Source: Ophelia neglecta (taxonomy: Eukaryota). Taken from it: a stretch of DNA of 64,000 nt. The stretch covers positions 33,914,001-33,978,000 of the forward strand of contig OZ260663.1 in assembly GCA_965285935.1 (NCBI GenBank), read 5' to 3'. Shown piece after piece: positions 1-13,330 of this stretch. Under the pieces are notes generated by a model. The model ran no database searches and had not been told where the DNA came from. It saw only the letters and a list, made by a program, of their open reading frames with translations. Numbering within the stretch: position 1 is the first letter of the stretch; each line of letters starts with the position of its first letter. Made by a program: the position numbers and the translations under genes.

Positions 1-2246
1 ATGATGAGAAAGATTTTCGTTTCATAGATCCTTGCTAATTTCGCTGCCTGGTAATTTTTTACCAGAACTCCTCAAGTTGGGCCTACCATCAAATCCTGTA
101 AGAAAATGATAAGCAAACCACGTGGATTGGTTGGACCATGTCAACTTAACTAAATGATTGATTGAATGCTGCCCTGTATGTGTGAGTCTCTAAGTGCCAG
201 TTTTATCTGCCAATGAAGCTAGTACATATCATTCTATGAACCCAGTCATACTATTAGTACTGTTGTTTCGAGTTATTCCACTATTTTAGATCATGTTCCT
301 TGCCTTTTAGGCATGTTTATACTATATACACATTAAAAAAAAGCAATCCTCATTTTTTGACGACGTAGGAGAGTCGTGAAACTAATTAGTAACTCAATCC
401 TCCAGCTGACTGGTAGACCAAGTATTCTTTGTGAACCCGTTTCTGCTTGATGTCTTTCAGTGTGGAATTATCTTATCCCGGAGACCCAACCATTGAAACT
501 TGTAATTCCTAGTGGACATTTGTTCATCAAGAGTTGTCGGACTGCTGCTCTACCCTGCTTGTACACGGTTTGCCCGTGGTCTCCTGTTTGGCCAAATATC
601 TACGCCGCGACTGTTGACAGTACGTGTCTTTGCTAACATGGACAGCAAGGGAAACAGGGTACATGTACAAATGCATTTCCTGTCACTGAGTCGCACAGCG
701 CACTTGAAAACCTTCAGAGGCTTGGAATCAGCAGCGCTGCTTCAAATGACTCCATCCAATAATAATTACGAATCAATTACCTTTGCCCAACCTTATAACC
801 AACATCAGACTATTGCGTATTATGACCATATCCTATTCTTATTTTTGACAGTACTACTGACACACACATGTTTCAGGAAGTTCACCTTTAACGTGCATCG
901 AATTCTAACTAAGATCAACTTGAAACTGAATTGATCTAACAAAAGAAGATACTCGGCAACCAATGATCAAGAATAGTCCATTAAATAGGTCACAGTTCAG
1001 GTCAGGTCACAGTTTCCCTACAACAAATGTTCGTTCTTATTTGTGAACACTGTTTGGTTCTAAAAAGGAAGACGTGATATTTCTACGTCAGTGCAGCAGG
1101 CTAATAATAAGACGAAAGCCGTTTATTTGTAAATCATTTAATGATTATGACAAAAAACCTTTGTCCGCTCTTAGACTCATTTCGCTATAGAGACAAGAAC
1201 GCGTTATTGCAGTCGCTTGTTCACGTACTCTATCCTGATGATGACCATACACTTTTCCGGTGTATCCCGACTGCCGCGCCTTGATCTTGAGAGCTACAGC
1301 TTTACCGTCGTGATCTCATCAGAGAGGTTACTTCACCACAGTCGCTATTATTTCTATGGGAACTACGCATCAATTTGTTTTTGAGGTTTGCCAATTACGT
1401 AGTGTCCCTTGAAATGCCTTGAAAAATAAATTGGAAAGGCTCGTGGGTGGAAGGTTCGTCCTTTTATACAAAGGGTCAGTGATTGGTGAAGGTACGACAT
1501 GTGTTTAAGTGTGATTTCTCTACATCATCCCACCCATCCACTTCATCATCCCTACTCCCAACCATACGCATCGATAAATTGCCTAATAAAACATGGCCAT
1601 TCGCCGCGAGGTATAAGTTACCAATGCCTCCAATATTCATGAACTATAGAAGTAGGATATGCCTGGAACTACGTGAGGTGGATCTAGAACATTCGGCCTA
1701 TTGTTAAATGCAAAATGTTGTAACTCCGCCAAGTTGGCCATCCAGCCTGTGGGTTCCTTTGTTTTAACATATTTATTCTTTCGATGACCTCAAAAAGGTC
1801 TAACAGTAGGTAAGTAAATTGTTCATGTCTGCTTAATGCCAATATAAAGTTATTTATAACATGTCTATTGAAGTTGACAAAAAGGATACTTTACTTTGTC
1901 ACGCAAATCATGCTATGAATGTTTTGAATGCTTTTCGCTTTAATTCAGATTGATTAAATTTTAATAAATGTTGATCAATTGGTTACTAAATCATTATATC
2001 TACCGTTTTGTCTCACACACTGTCACTATGGGCAGGGTGTTCAGATTATGCTCAGTTTTGTTGATTAAGTGCTAGGTACCGAAACGGGTCGATAAAACTT
2101 TCTGATTGCTAAGCACATATACAGTAGTACTATATCAAGGAATGTATTGCACTGGCATAAAAACAGAGTGATGCTGTGATGCACGAATTTGAAGCAATGG
2201 CGTTACACAGAAAGCCGAGTGCCAGATAATTAAGATATATATACAA

Positions 2247-2265
2247 CCCCCCCCCCCCCCCCCCC
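2247..2265. repeat. Poly-C tract
   Basis: C19. Confidence 0.9.
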
Positions 2266-5200
2266 TACATCGAACACAATGATTCCATAAAAGAGAACAC
2301 ACAAATAAATCATTACCTTCTTTTATTCAGTGTGTAATCAGTTCTTAATATAACAAAACGATAATTAATGATGGCACAAAGCGAGGTTTAATATGTTAAA
2401 GTGCATTGCAATAATTCGAAAAATTGGAAATTTGGAAATACGTTGCAATTTTCCCAATATCTCATTCACCATGTACGATCTACTTCATTGAGTTAACACC
2501 ACAACAGTAACTCATATCGACAATATATGACCATGTGATTTGGCTGCGAGATGAGACGATCAATCAATTAATCCAATTTAGCCAGCGACTAACTGAACCA
2601 CCGACACAATGGGCTCTCGGATCGACCGGTTTATTTCAGTCTTGACCTATGGTGAAGATCGGACCATGGTTTAAATTTCTTGCATTGAGCACAATGAAGC
2701 AAAACTATTGTGTGATGAACTATTCAATCGCAATGTGAATAATGATGCGTGAAATATTCCTAGCTCAGCCAAAAGTGCAACGTTGAAAAATATAAACTAA
2801 TGGACACGTTGACATAGCGTACTAACACTCTTAGATCCTGTTTTTCCGTTCTGAATAGTTTAAAGATACATATTTTTGTAGCAGTGATGGCGACTCGAGT
2901 TAGCCCATAAATGCGTAACAGTTATTCCACTAGTGTATTAAAGTGTATATGAGCCATATCGAAATAAATTCAATCAGCTAGGCTAGGGTCAACCGAGAAT
3001 TCATCACTGATTGCTTCGGTGAGGGTGCCATGTTAATATTACCCGACGATTGACAATAAACATATGATCGCCGCTTAAAGGAAAAAACTACTTTGAAATA
3101 ATAGTCTAAATACGTGGAATAAAACCTTAATTATTTTCGCGTCATACTATTTCCATCACATGAAAAAAGATATGAAATGCAGTGCAATCTCACGTTTTAA
3201 TAGTTGACAGGCCGAATATGCGTAATGAAAAATACATGTTTTCAAGGCAATAATGTTGTTGTTCAACGGAGCTTGATGTGTCATAAATGTTGTTATAAAT
3301 ATTTAGTATCCACCTGTGTAGTGAGAAATATATGTTGGAACAATATAAATGCCTAGCGAGTGGATCTGGTTGACTGCGGCCAACTAATCTAGCACTGTTG
3401 TATAGACCAGCATCTTATTCCACTCTTCGCGCTCCAATATACGTCACCTTAATCTTACAATTACCGTTGTACACAACACTTATCACTTTTCGGGGTTCCC
3501 TTGTGCAATTGATATCGCAAACGGTAAATAGGAAAATACGATGCAATTAAATGGCCAAGTAGTGTTAATGTTTTAAAAACCACGACTGTCACCGAGAAAT
3601 CTACTAAACATTCTAAATCCACATGGAGCTATGTCTTAGACTTGCTCAGTGAACAATATGTGAGCATAAGTTAGCAGTTCCTTCCAGTTTCAAACAATAT
3701 ATCTTCTAAACAATATCATATCGTGTGTGTGATGTTATAAAAGCGAAAACAAACATCAAGAACTGAATTCCGCAGATCGCTTGTCTGCGAAGAATGTCAT
3801 TAGAAATAGGCCTTCTACGACCATATAGAAGACATCATATTGTCCCCTGAAAACAAACGCAAGGACATATTCGAAGAGGGTCGGTTTTTATCATGTATTA
3901 TCCATCAGGCACGCACATAATTCATTTGGTAAATTGGCCGGGTCAGGATCTTCAGGGACCTTGATTGGTAGGGAATGTCTTACGTATCTTAGTAACTATG
4001 CACTTTTTATCCAGTACGTTTTGCTCTCAGTGGTATTTCAGCGTCTCCGTCTCAATGAGTTGTGTAAAGCCGGAACGTTTGCAAATAAAACATGTCTTTG
4101 TAATTCATGGCAAAAAAGTGCAAATCGATAAGCAGTCTGGCACATTTTCAAAGAGCAGCTTTCTCGTGATCGGTAACACGTCATTTAAATAACAAAAGCA
4201 AGTGTAGACATTTAATCATATTCGATTTTGGTCTCTCCCTTCAGGTAAATAATACTTTAACTCTATAACTCGTTATCGCTGAACCATTTCAACCCCTGCC
4301 ATTCAAGCCACACTTCGGTAAAACTAATATCCAATACTACATGAATAATATCAACTTAAGTTCGTAGACCATTTCTACATTATTGTCATCCTGAAGTCAT
4401 TTCGTGGTGACTATATTGGTTCGAATAGCGCTTTAAGTCACAACTTTTCCCTGAAACTGCATATATAATGAAATTAAAATATAGACAGATGCCACAACGT
4501 AAACCGAATTGCTGCAACACTACTAACACAAAGGGAGTAAATTACCGGCAGACAATGTTCCCTGAAGTCGCCAGGAAATTAACAGGAACCTCAGGCCCAC
4601 AACCACCAATCCCCAGCTCACTACCTGTTTAGCTTCATAACTGTACTAATAAAAGCAATGTTACTTTACTCGTTAGATTGATAATTGAAATATAAGACCT
4701 CGTTCATCTTAAGCATCAAATCTTGGCTAATGATTTAATTTAGCTTCGGAGTACATAAATCGCCAAGAAGTGTTCACAGAACTTATGACATTTTACTTCT
4801 AGACTTTTCATTTATTTTTTGACGATTTCAGAGTGGATTGCGTACGTTATGTTTTCAATAAAGAAGGGCGACTAACGTTATTATACATAATTATAATATA
4901 CCCAGCGAGGAAACTTGCTCAAGAATAACACGTAAAGAGAAAAAGCAAATTATCGCACTAAAGTGGAAAAATTGTATTTCTTTTCCCAATAGTTGTAAAT
5001 TCAAACATGAATACTTCCAACAACCAACAATTCTAGATATTTTAGACGCATGCAAATAGTTATTCATTTTGGGAAAACAAGCAATTATAAGAGGACAAGC
5101 CTCAAGCTAACGAGCGCGTTGCGCTACATTGAATGGCCTGTTTGCTTTTGCATTTTGCCAGCCAATACAGGGTTGACGGACACAATACCTATGAAAAGAG

Positions 5201-6369
5201 GATTTCAATGGTTTTGCTTTAACTGAAAGAAACGTCCCTATGTAGGTAAGCTACGGGTAAATGGAATCACGACAATTCCAAAACCAAATCTTATTCCCTA
5301 TGGTTTTGAACCCAAGGATATGAACACATATAAACCTTTTGCATAAAGTTTTTAATGTATGATATCAAAGCCATACACATCATTAAAACTTATTAAAGAA
5401 AAAAGAAATGTGTATCGTCCAATAAGTCGGTGATATTTATCGCACGATATGCTCATCAGCGCGTTATTGGTAAAAGCTGGCTCTGATGGGTATTTACCGG
5501 AGATCATGTGCAACCAAATTATGGAAAGGAGTAAAGGTAATAGAGAACCGATACAGATCGTCATTAAATTCATCGTCCAACAAAATTCATAGGACGGGTG
5601 AATGCATGGCTTTATTCTTCTACATTGAAACCACTACATATAAGTTAATTCTTTTTTTTTTCTTTTTTTTATAATTCTAATCTAAGTCGGTTTCAGTTAA
5701 GTTTTAATGAGTACCTGGAATATTTGCTTCTGATTATCACTAAAATCATAGAAAACTAGTTCTATATGCGGATACCGCGCGCCTAACATACAACCGAAAT
5801 GGACCAAGCTTAAATGTTATATTTAATTTTAAGGCTTAAATAAGTGTATAAACCACGTGCATTAGCTAGCAGGTTATGATAATCACAGAAGAAACAAATA
5901 AAACATCTTGCTGAAAAGGACAATACAATAAATGTCATTTTAAACTTTTTACTTTTCATATTACCCATTATTATAATCCTCAAAAGTCATTCATATATTC
6001 GATGCTCAGTGACTATGCCCCTCTTTGTTTAGATATCATTCCCACGGCCGTTTAAATCAAAGTGAGAATACAGACTTTTGAAGGCGGGTATTGTTAGTTG
6101 ATCAATATGCGTCTGACTGAAATGGATTCAGTGAGTTATTGCCTTATCATTGCCACCGTATGAGATAGTCACTACATGCCAGTATGAGTTACTGCGCAAA
6201 GGCGTAATCACATGAAGTATGAAAAATGGTACTCATGAAATATGTTCGCGCAGACATGCAATGAGTCATCCAAACGAATTACACCAAGTTACTGTGAGAC
6301 CAACTGACTTGTTATTTCGATCGAACATTTGCCTAGACAAAGAACTTGCAATGAATTGTTTTATTTTCT

Positions 6370-6620
6370 ACTAGAGAAAAGAAATGTGTAATTTTTTAGT
6401 TTAGCTTCCATGTAGGGTGGTCTTTGGCCGAAACGTGCAGTCTGTTTTTTGTGTGTATTTTTCCTATCTCAATAGTGTGAGTTAGTATCCAGATAATGCC
6501 ACTCTGGCACTTTGGGCAACTTTTTTATAAGCATTTACAGAACAGCACCTATATTTGGTAACATATTGGGACAGCCTCCGACATAGTGAGGCAGTTTTTG
6601 ACCAGCACAGGTACCGAACA
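6370..6620 (-). mobile_element. Highly degenerate LINE ORF2 C-terminal remnant
   Basis: Minus-strand fragments SGII..TIEIGK..THFF resemble the RSGILPL.IETGRY..HFL region of L2/Daphne ORF2. Confidence 0.35.
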
Positions 6621-9600
6621 GCTTTTATTTTTATTTGCTTTAGTTACATAGTCTGGATCAAGAAATACATGATGTCGCGGTGATTATGTTATCAACATTT
6701 GAAAAATGAAAAATTAAATGGAGTTTGTTTCCATGCCGGGAGGGGGGGGGGGTGTTGTAATCCCAATTACTTAAACCCTTAATACATTTTCTCAATATAG
6801 GGCCTAAATGTAGGTTCATATTCATATACAATTATTTTGTTTATTATCGACACTTACAATGAATATAGGACTAATGCCATATATATTACAATTGGTTGAC
6901 AATGTCTATATGGGTAAATGGTCGGGTATTGAAGGAATAAACGTAATTTTAGTCTAATATGGTTGTAATATAGGGACATAGGTAGGCCTCAGTACCCATT
7001 CGAGTTGTTCGGCATAAGGAACATTAAGAACTGTAACCTTAACCTATACCATTCCACACCCTGCGCCAGATACGGCGCACAATCTATAAGAAATAAGATA
7101 GAAGACGAATTATTGATTTCGTATCAAAAACAAAAATCTGCTACATTGCACAACGCTCGTTTTGCTACCCCCTACTTGAAAAGCGAACCCATGAAATTGG
7201 ATTTATGACCTAAAATAGTTTTGGTTTTCGTGTTGCTAAATGTAAAAGTATAAGCACGATGCATTAATGAACACATAATGAGCAGATGCAGGTGTCGCTT
7301 CTATGATTTCAGGTAAGAATGTTCTTTATTGAATAATAACGACTTAGCAAACCTGGCACACTAACCCATTCAGTACAGAACGTGCTTTAAGTCTTAAATA
7401 TGTTGTAATGTCTTATACTTCATCCTTTGTGTATTGTAGATTTGCAAATTGACACACTACATAAATAATACCGCCATGACGATTGCGAAGTTTCATTATT
7501 TCAGATGTTAGTGAATTATATCTGACTTAAAATGCTTGTCGACCCTTTTAAAAGGTTGCTTGTGGTAAGGTCATATAATGTTCCACCTGCAAATGAGACA
7601 ATATTCGATTTTGTTGACCCGTCGTTCGATTATTTCCCAATTTGGTCTTATCCTACTGCCAATGTGATGCTCCTCCATGATTGATGGAAATAGGATAGCA
7701 ACAGAATGGCGATCCATCTAAATATGTCAAAGATGTTAAAGAACGGTCTAAGAATTTTACGAAATGTTACGCTATTAATCACTTTTCTTGTCATTGTTTC
7801 CTATATCGCCTATGGCATAGACATAAATTGGTTGTAAATAGAGTTGCGAATGACAAAATACCATATTTCATGTTCATGATTCGGTATATATATACCAATA
7901 ATGTTTTGTTTTCATCAAACCACTTTAGGAGGAAAAACTGCTATTCGTTTTAGCCATTCCGAGAAGCAATATTCTAAAGGCATAACTTGGGTACACGTGA
8001 GAATGTCCTCGCTCAGGGCTTTAACTTTTGGTCGCGATAGTCATGGATTGAATAATACGCTATTTCATTAAAGTATTTAACTCGAAATGAAGAAAAATCA
8101 ATGGTAATTGGCATTCTCGATTGGGGACACAAATAATCTAAATTGATCGAGTTATAATTTATTTTGCTTTATCCTTGAGAAAGGAACTTCGGGTGCAAGA
8201 AAGGTTCCAAATTCGTCTCATGGTTGAAGTAAGCATGTGGTTAGTCTTCCTCAAATACAGATAAAAAGCACGCTATTCTTCTCGTATTTCTATTCTGAGA
8301 AACATTAGATAGTGTTCCGGTCCAATATTATATATTGGAACGGTCTTTACTGCTAACTACAACACGAATCCAAAACGGATTAAGAGAAAGGATACTATTG
8401 ATCCCGTTTCGGTATACATTTCCTTGACGTGTGAATTCACACTGGGGCCTAAGGAATATAAATGTTTCGCTAACTATCTCTGTGGATTTAAAAACGTCCT
8501 ACTGCTTCCTTCCCATTAACTGCACAATTCCCTGAGGTGTTCTAGACGCATTTTTGTGCATTTGACCCCAACGTTGAAGTGGATGATGGAGTGGCAGTGC
8601 CGAATTAAAGATAATATAATGGCTTTACGGAGTCCCTTATAAAACGTAACGGAAGTTTCTTTCTACAACTAATGCTCATGCCTGGTTGATACGTTGAATT
8701 AGTTTGGAACAGGAAAGAGCTATACCTCATCACTACAATACGAATTAGCACCGCGTCTGTTTGCAAGTCATTCCCTTCTTGTAAATTAGGATGGATGATG
8801 AGTTGAAACTTTGTTTTGCGCCAGTAGAATATGCTAAAGCCGCCCATGGTAAAACTTTTACTCAAAAAACATACCAGTATAAAGCAGAACAAATCAATTA
8901 ACCCGTCTTATCATTTTTGCTCGAAAGCCAATCCTTCTTGAATTGTTTCCTTCCACGTTTACGGTTGGCAAAAGGCAACTTGTCGGTAGGCAGGTCTCGC
9001 AATCACTGGCAGATTAATCAGAGTACAACTGGTCATAAAAACACTACATATGAAGCTTATAAATATACTGCTTTTCTTACACTAGTAAGTTTAACCGAAG
9101 TGTTAATTTAAAGATTCACTGCTGGTATAATAACAATACTTAAGTACATCTTAACACAGCGTCGAACGCAAGTATTCGTTATTTTTTCCGATGGCACTGA
9201 ACATGATATGTAGCCTTTCACATTTGCGCAAAATACGGCCCAAAGTGTTTGCCTTGGTTTATGAAGACATCCAACTCCTTATTAGCCATTGAGGCGCCGA
9301 ACAGACGACATTGGGTTTGACAATCATCAGGGATCAATCGCCAGTCCAAATACGGCTGCCTGACAAGCTTAGTCTAGTAATCAACTAGGTCAATAAACAT
9401 GATTGGCCATTCCAACACAACTTGGTTAAATGCCAAGCGGAAGATACCGATATCACCAAATTAAGGTCATACAACAGGCGCATGGGGTTATTTGATTTTC
9501 CATTGGGTAGATAAAAATAGACAGGGTAAGTTTGAATTACGGTGGTTTGCATCTAATGAATTGAGGTTAAAGGTTTAAGTAGAATCTATTTTTTTGCTGC

Positions 9601-12600
9601 TTGCCGTTGCCTCATAAACACCCATGTCGCATAGTGTAAAAGTCGAACGGACAATATTTATTTTTAGAATGAGCGAGATAATTTTGTCTGGAGACGATTT
9701 TTTAGGTGTGATAATATCAGTCGCATACACCTAGAAGCAGAAACTCTAAAAATATGGTGGTCCATTGGCACCTGAACATATGAAACAAATTGACTGGAAA
9801 ATAGTAGTTGATACCTTGCAGACAACGAAAACCTGTAATCATGAACGGTCTATAAACTGGGCCCGAAATAATAAAAACCGACGCTGCAGGTGATCAAGCG
9901 TCGCTCTCCATCTTACTTACTGTAAATGAAATTAATAAATACAAGTTAAAATTGACGTCGATTGCAATCAGAAATAGTCCACAGCTTTAAGATCCGAGTA
10001 AGCCCAAACAAGACGCGACAGTAATCAGTAAAATTCGGAGAAGAAATTTGCCTTACAAGATACCATGACGGAATAAGAACCCTTTAATTGTGAGACTATA
10101 GATGAATTTGTCTCACAATAGCAGAGAAGGGTGTTAAAGACTCTTCATACCAAAGTGGAAAAATGGTATTATCTCCTCGATATTACAATAATATTTTGAT
10201 TATTTACAACGAACCAACCTCGCATTCAATAGTGACTTAAGACGTGCATCTGCAATATTATTAACTTATAAAATGAAGCAGATGCACGGGGCACATAGCC
10301 CTAAGAAGATTAGAATAGATCACTGAAAGCTATTGCAGTCTTTTATTGAATAGGCATAAATGCAAGTGGAGCCTACACATGAAACACAACAACATCTTAA
10401 AGTGAGTTATCAACTTATATTGAATGACTCAAAATACGCCTGACGTAATCCCCTATATAACAGACTCATATCTTCATGTACAGAATGCGTTTACTGTTCT
10501 AAATCAGACAGTCTTCTAATCAAAGTCTGCTCTTGCAGATGCATTTTGCCCTGACTTTTCTTTCATTTGTACGTATTTCTTAATATATATAGAACGTCAA
10601 TTAAAGCATAAATTAATAAAATCTAAGATACAACTAACTGGTATTTCGATAACTTCAGCAAAAAGTGACAAGAATGTGTGCATGTCAAACGCAAACTATA
10701 GTTAATTAAAAGCATGTGCGTTAAGCTGACTCATAGATATCACCCAGGTCGTATCACAGTTTATGGCCAGCTAAGGTACTAAAATCTGCTGCCCAATGTT
10801 ATAATGGCAGGCAATCTATGGATTAGTAGCATCATGTTTCGATGTTCAGAGCATCATTTCCGAAGATGAATCATAACAAAACCGCTATAAAAAGCACTGT
10901 ATGAAAACACTTATACGAAATAACGCATTTCTGGAAATAAGAGGATTAGATCTAGCATGCCCTTTTGCTATATAAACATTACTCTTTTGTTGCAAAAGGC
11001 AAATGCAAGATGACAGACAGCTTTCGCTGCCCCGGCGCTAAACCTTTCCCCTACCAGTGAGTTGTTGCAATACGCGCTATGCACCGAGTCAAAAGAAGGC
11101 ACTTGATGTGTATTGCGGGAAACAGTGCTGCACTGCCGAATGCCGAGTGTCTTTTCGCACATTTGCATTGGTTTGAATTTGTACTAGCTGAGGTTGCTTC
11201 CCATTTCCAAGCGAACTGGGCGTTGTATTAAAATGGTGCCAATTCTGGATTAAGGACTCTTCTGGCGAATTAAACAGCTAAGCATTAGTGGAAGTCAAAA
11301 CAGCCACTGCTGCTGAAAATGCGAGATTTGGGAGTTGGAATATATTTGGAATGAGGTAAGTGAACTCATATTGAATAGGGTATATAAAGCTGAGATTTCT
11401 GTTGGTGTCTATCTGGCTATCGCCAGAGGCTGAAACTTAAGACAGAAGGATATGTAGCATGCCGGTTTATCACGTCCGTCTGAAAGGAGGAAAAGTGGTT
11501 TGATAATGGAATCCATGACTGTCACGCTTCTAGCTCTGCCGTATTCCCCATAAGCCATTTGGCCATTGTCCTCGCCATTATTAGGACATACTATGAACTA
11601 AATTGCTTCGTGTTGTGGCTTTTTGTCCAATGTGTCATAGCTGGCGTGGGGAGTAGTTGTGGAAATGAAGCTCCCTGCATTTCAATTCCCTATCTCTTAA
11701 TCTCTAACAGGTAAAATCTCGCAATAGCTGGCCATTTACGATCATAATACCAACACGCTTAGTCGTGTTACTTGGCTAGTTCACATGCGCGCTACTTCAA
11801 TACTCATTCACACAGCCCGAGCTTGTTTAGGATCTGTTAGCAATAAGCAATATCTGGTTGGGTTAGAAAGATTCTTACATAACATCCCAAACAATGCTGT
11901 TGTTTTATTCGGATCTACAACGTATATCCTCTTGCATCAAGCTCACTGTGTATTCAATGGATTTTTTTCGTATAGGCAGTTAGCAATGTTTTGTTTACAA
12001 ACCGTCGTTTTATTTGCTTGTCAATCGTCTTCTGTCACTCACTCGACTTATTTGCGTCAATAGAGTCCATTTGCATCGGTTACCGCTTTCCTTTTTACAG
12101 CCATGGACATAAAACTGATGGCTTGCTTAATTATGTGGAATTGCATAGTGCCTAAAAAACTGATATGTGACATTCGTGTAGGATGCAAGCATGCCATAGA
12201 TGGAGTTATTATTATCAAGGCAATAGAATGTGGCTCAAATCTTTGGAGGGTTCAAAGTAAATATTTCTACCTCGGCAGGTGGAGAAAGGAACTTAAAAGT
12301 CAATTCTCTTGTAGAATTTGACATGAATTTTTGTTGTATGATACCAAAGTTACTAATAAACAAACTGTTATTTTAAGAACCAGTGTTAGCATGACATTGT
12401 TTTATTGTATCGCTGCTTTAACAGTACCTGATCTATCCACATAAGCCCAGACATTTGGACAGGCTAGATGTTCCTAGCGTATTGGCCTATCTAGGGTATA
12501 TGGATATATGGATATCTTGCCATAAGCACAAACGGCTTTCCTGGGGAAAAAATCATAACGAAACACGGGTTCGATGCCTGCCGGGAAGAGGCGCAGGGGA

Positions 12601-13134
12601 GTAGAACTTTTCACATAGGACACTGACATTTGTACACGTAAGACCTTAGCGGGATGCTATGCATATATGTATCAATTATATTCTTTCTTTCAAGGCGTTG
12701 TTCTGGAGTGCTTTAACGAAGCACGGGTGATTGCTTTTTCAACACTGTAGGGCGACGATCCTGGGTGACCTTTTTTTTTAAACATTCCAGATACACGTTA
12801 AGCCCCTTCCTGACACTGAGATAACCACGAGACCTATCTACATAGCGCAACCTCATCATCCGTAAATTAATAAAAAAAAAAGCAATTAATTATCTGGGAT
12901 TCTTTGCTAGAAAAGGAGTATCCATCTTTACGATCGCGGTTAAGGGAAATGGTAATGTAATATAGACAATATAGAAATATTACAGTGGTTGGCCAAAGTC
13001 TGGCTTGTTTTAAAGGAGAACCCTGGTCGCAAACCGAAGAGTGCTGAGAAATATTCTGCAAAAGAAAAAGGTAAAATTATCCCTGAAATTCTCAGTAGGT
13101 TTTCTGCGAGTTGCATATGTGCAGGCTTTAACGT

Positions 13135-13330
13135 AATTATTATTATTATTTTATTATTTCAGATATTTGTACCGCGCTTTATCAAATAAATGCCCAAAGC
13201 GCCTACATGTAGTTTACATAGTAGGATACATACATTAAACATAAAATAATAGAACAATGTTAAAAACAAATATCAATTAAAGCCCAAGATGACTAGAAGC
13301 GCACAATAACTATTGGCTAACACTATCACA
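13135..13330 (-). mobile_element. L2-type LINE/SINE 3' end
   Basis: Minus strand GCGCTTTGGGCA..TAAAGCGCGGTACAAAT stem-loop followed by an (AAT)n tail, as in L2 termini. Confidence 0.6.

Noticed and set aside
512-934. 140-aa plus-strand ORF
   Set aside because: GTG start, no recognisable motif or splice support; likely chance.
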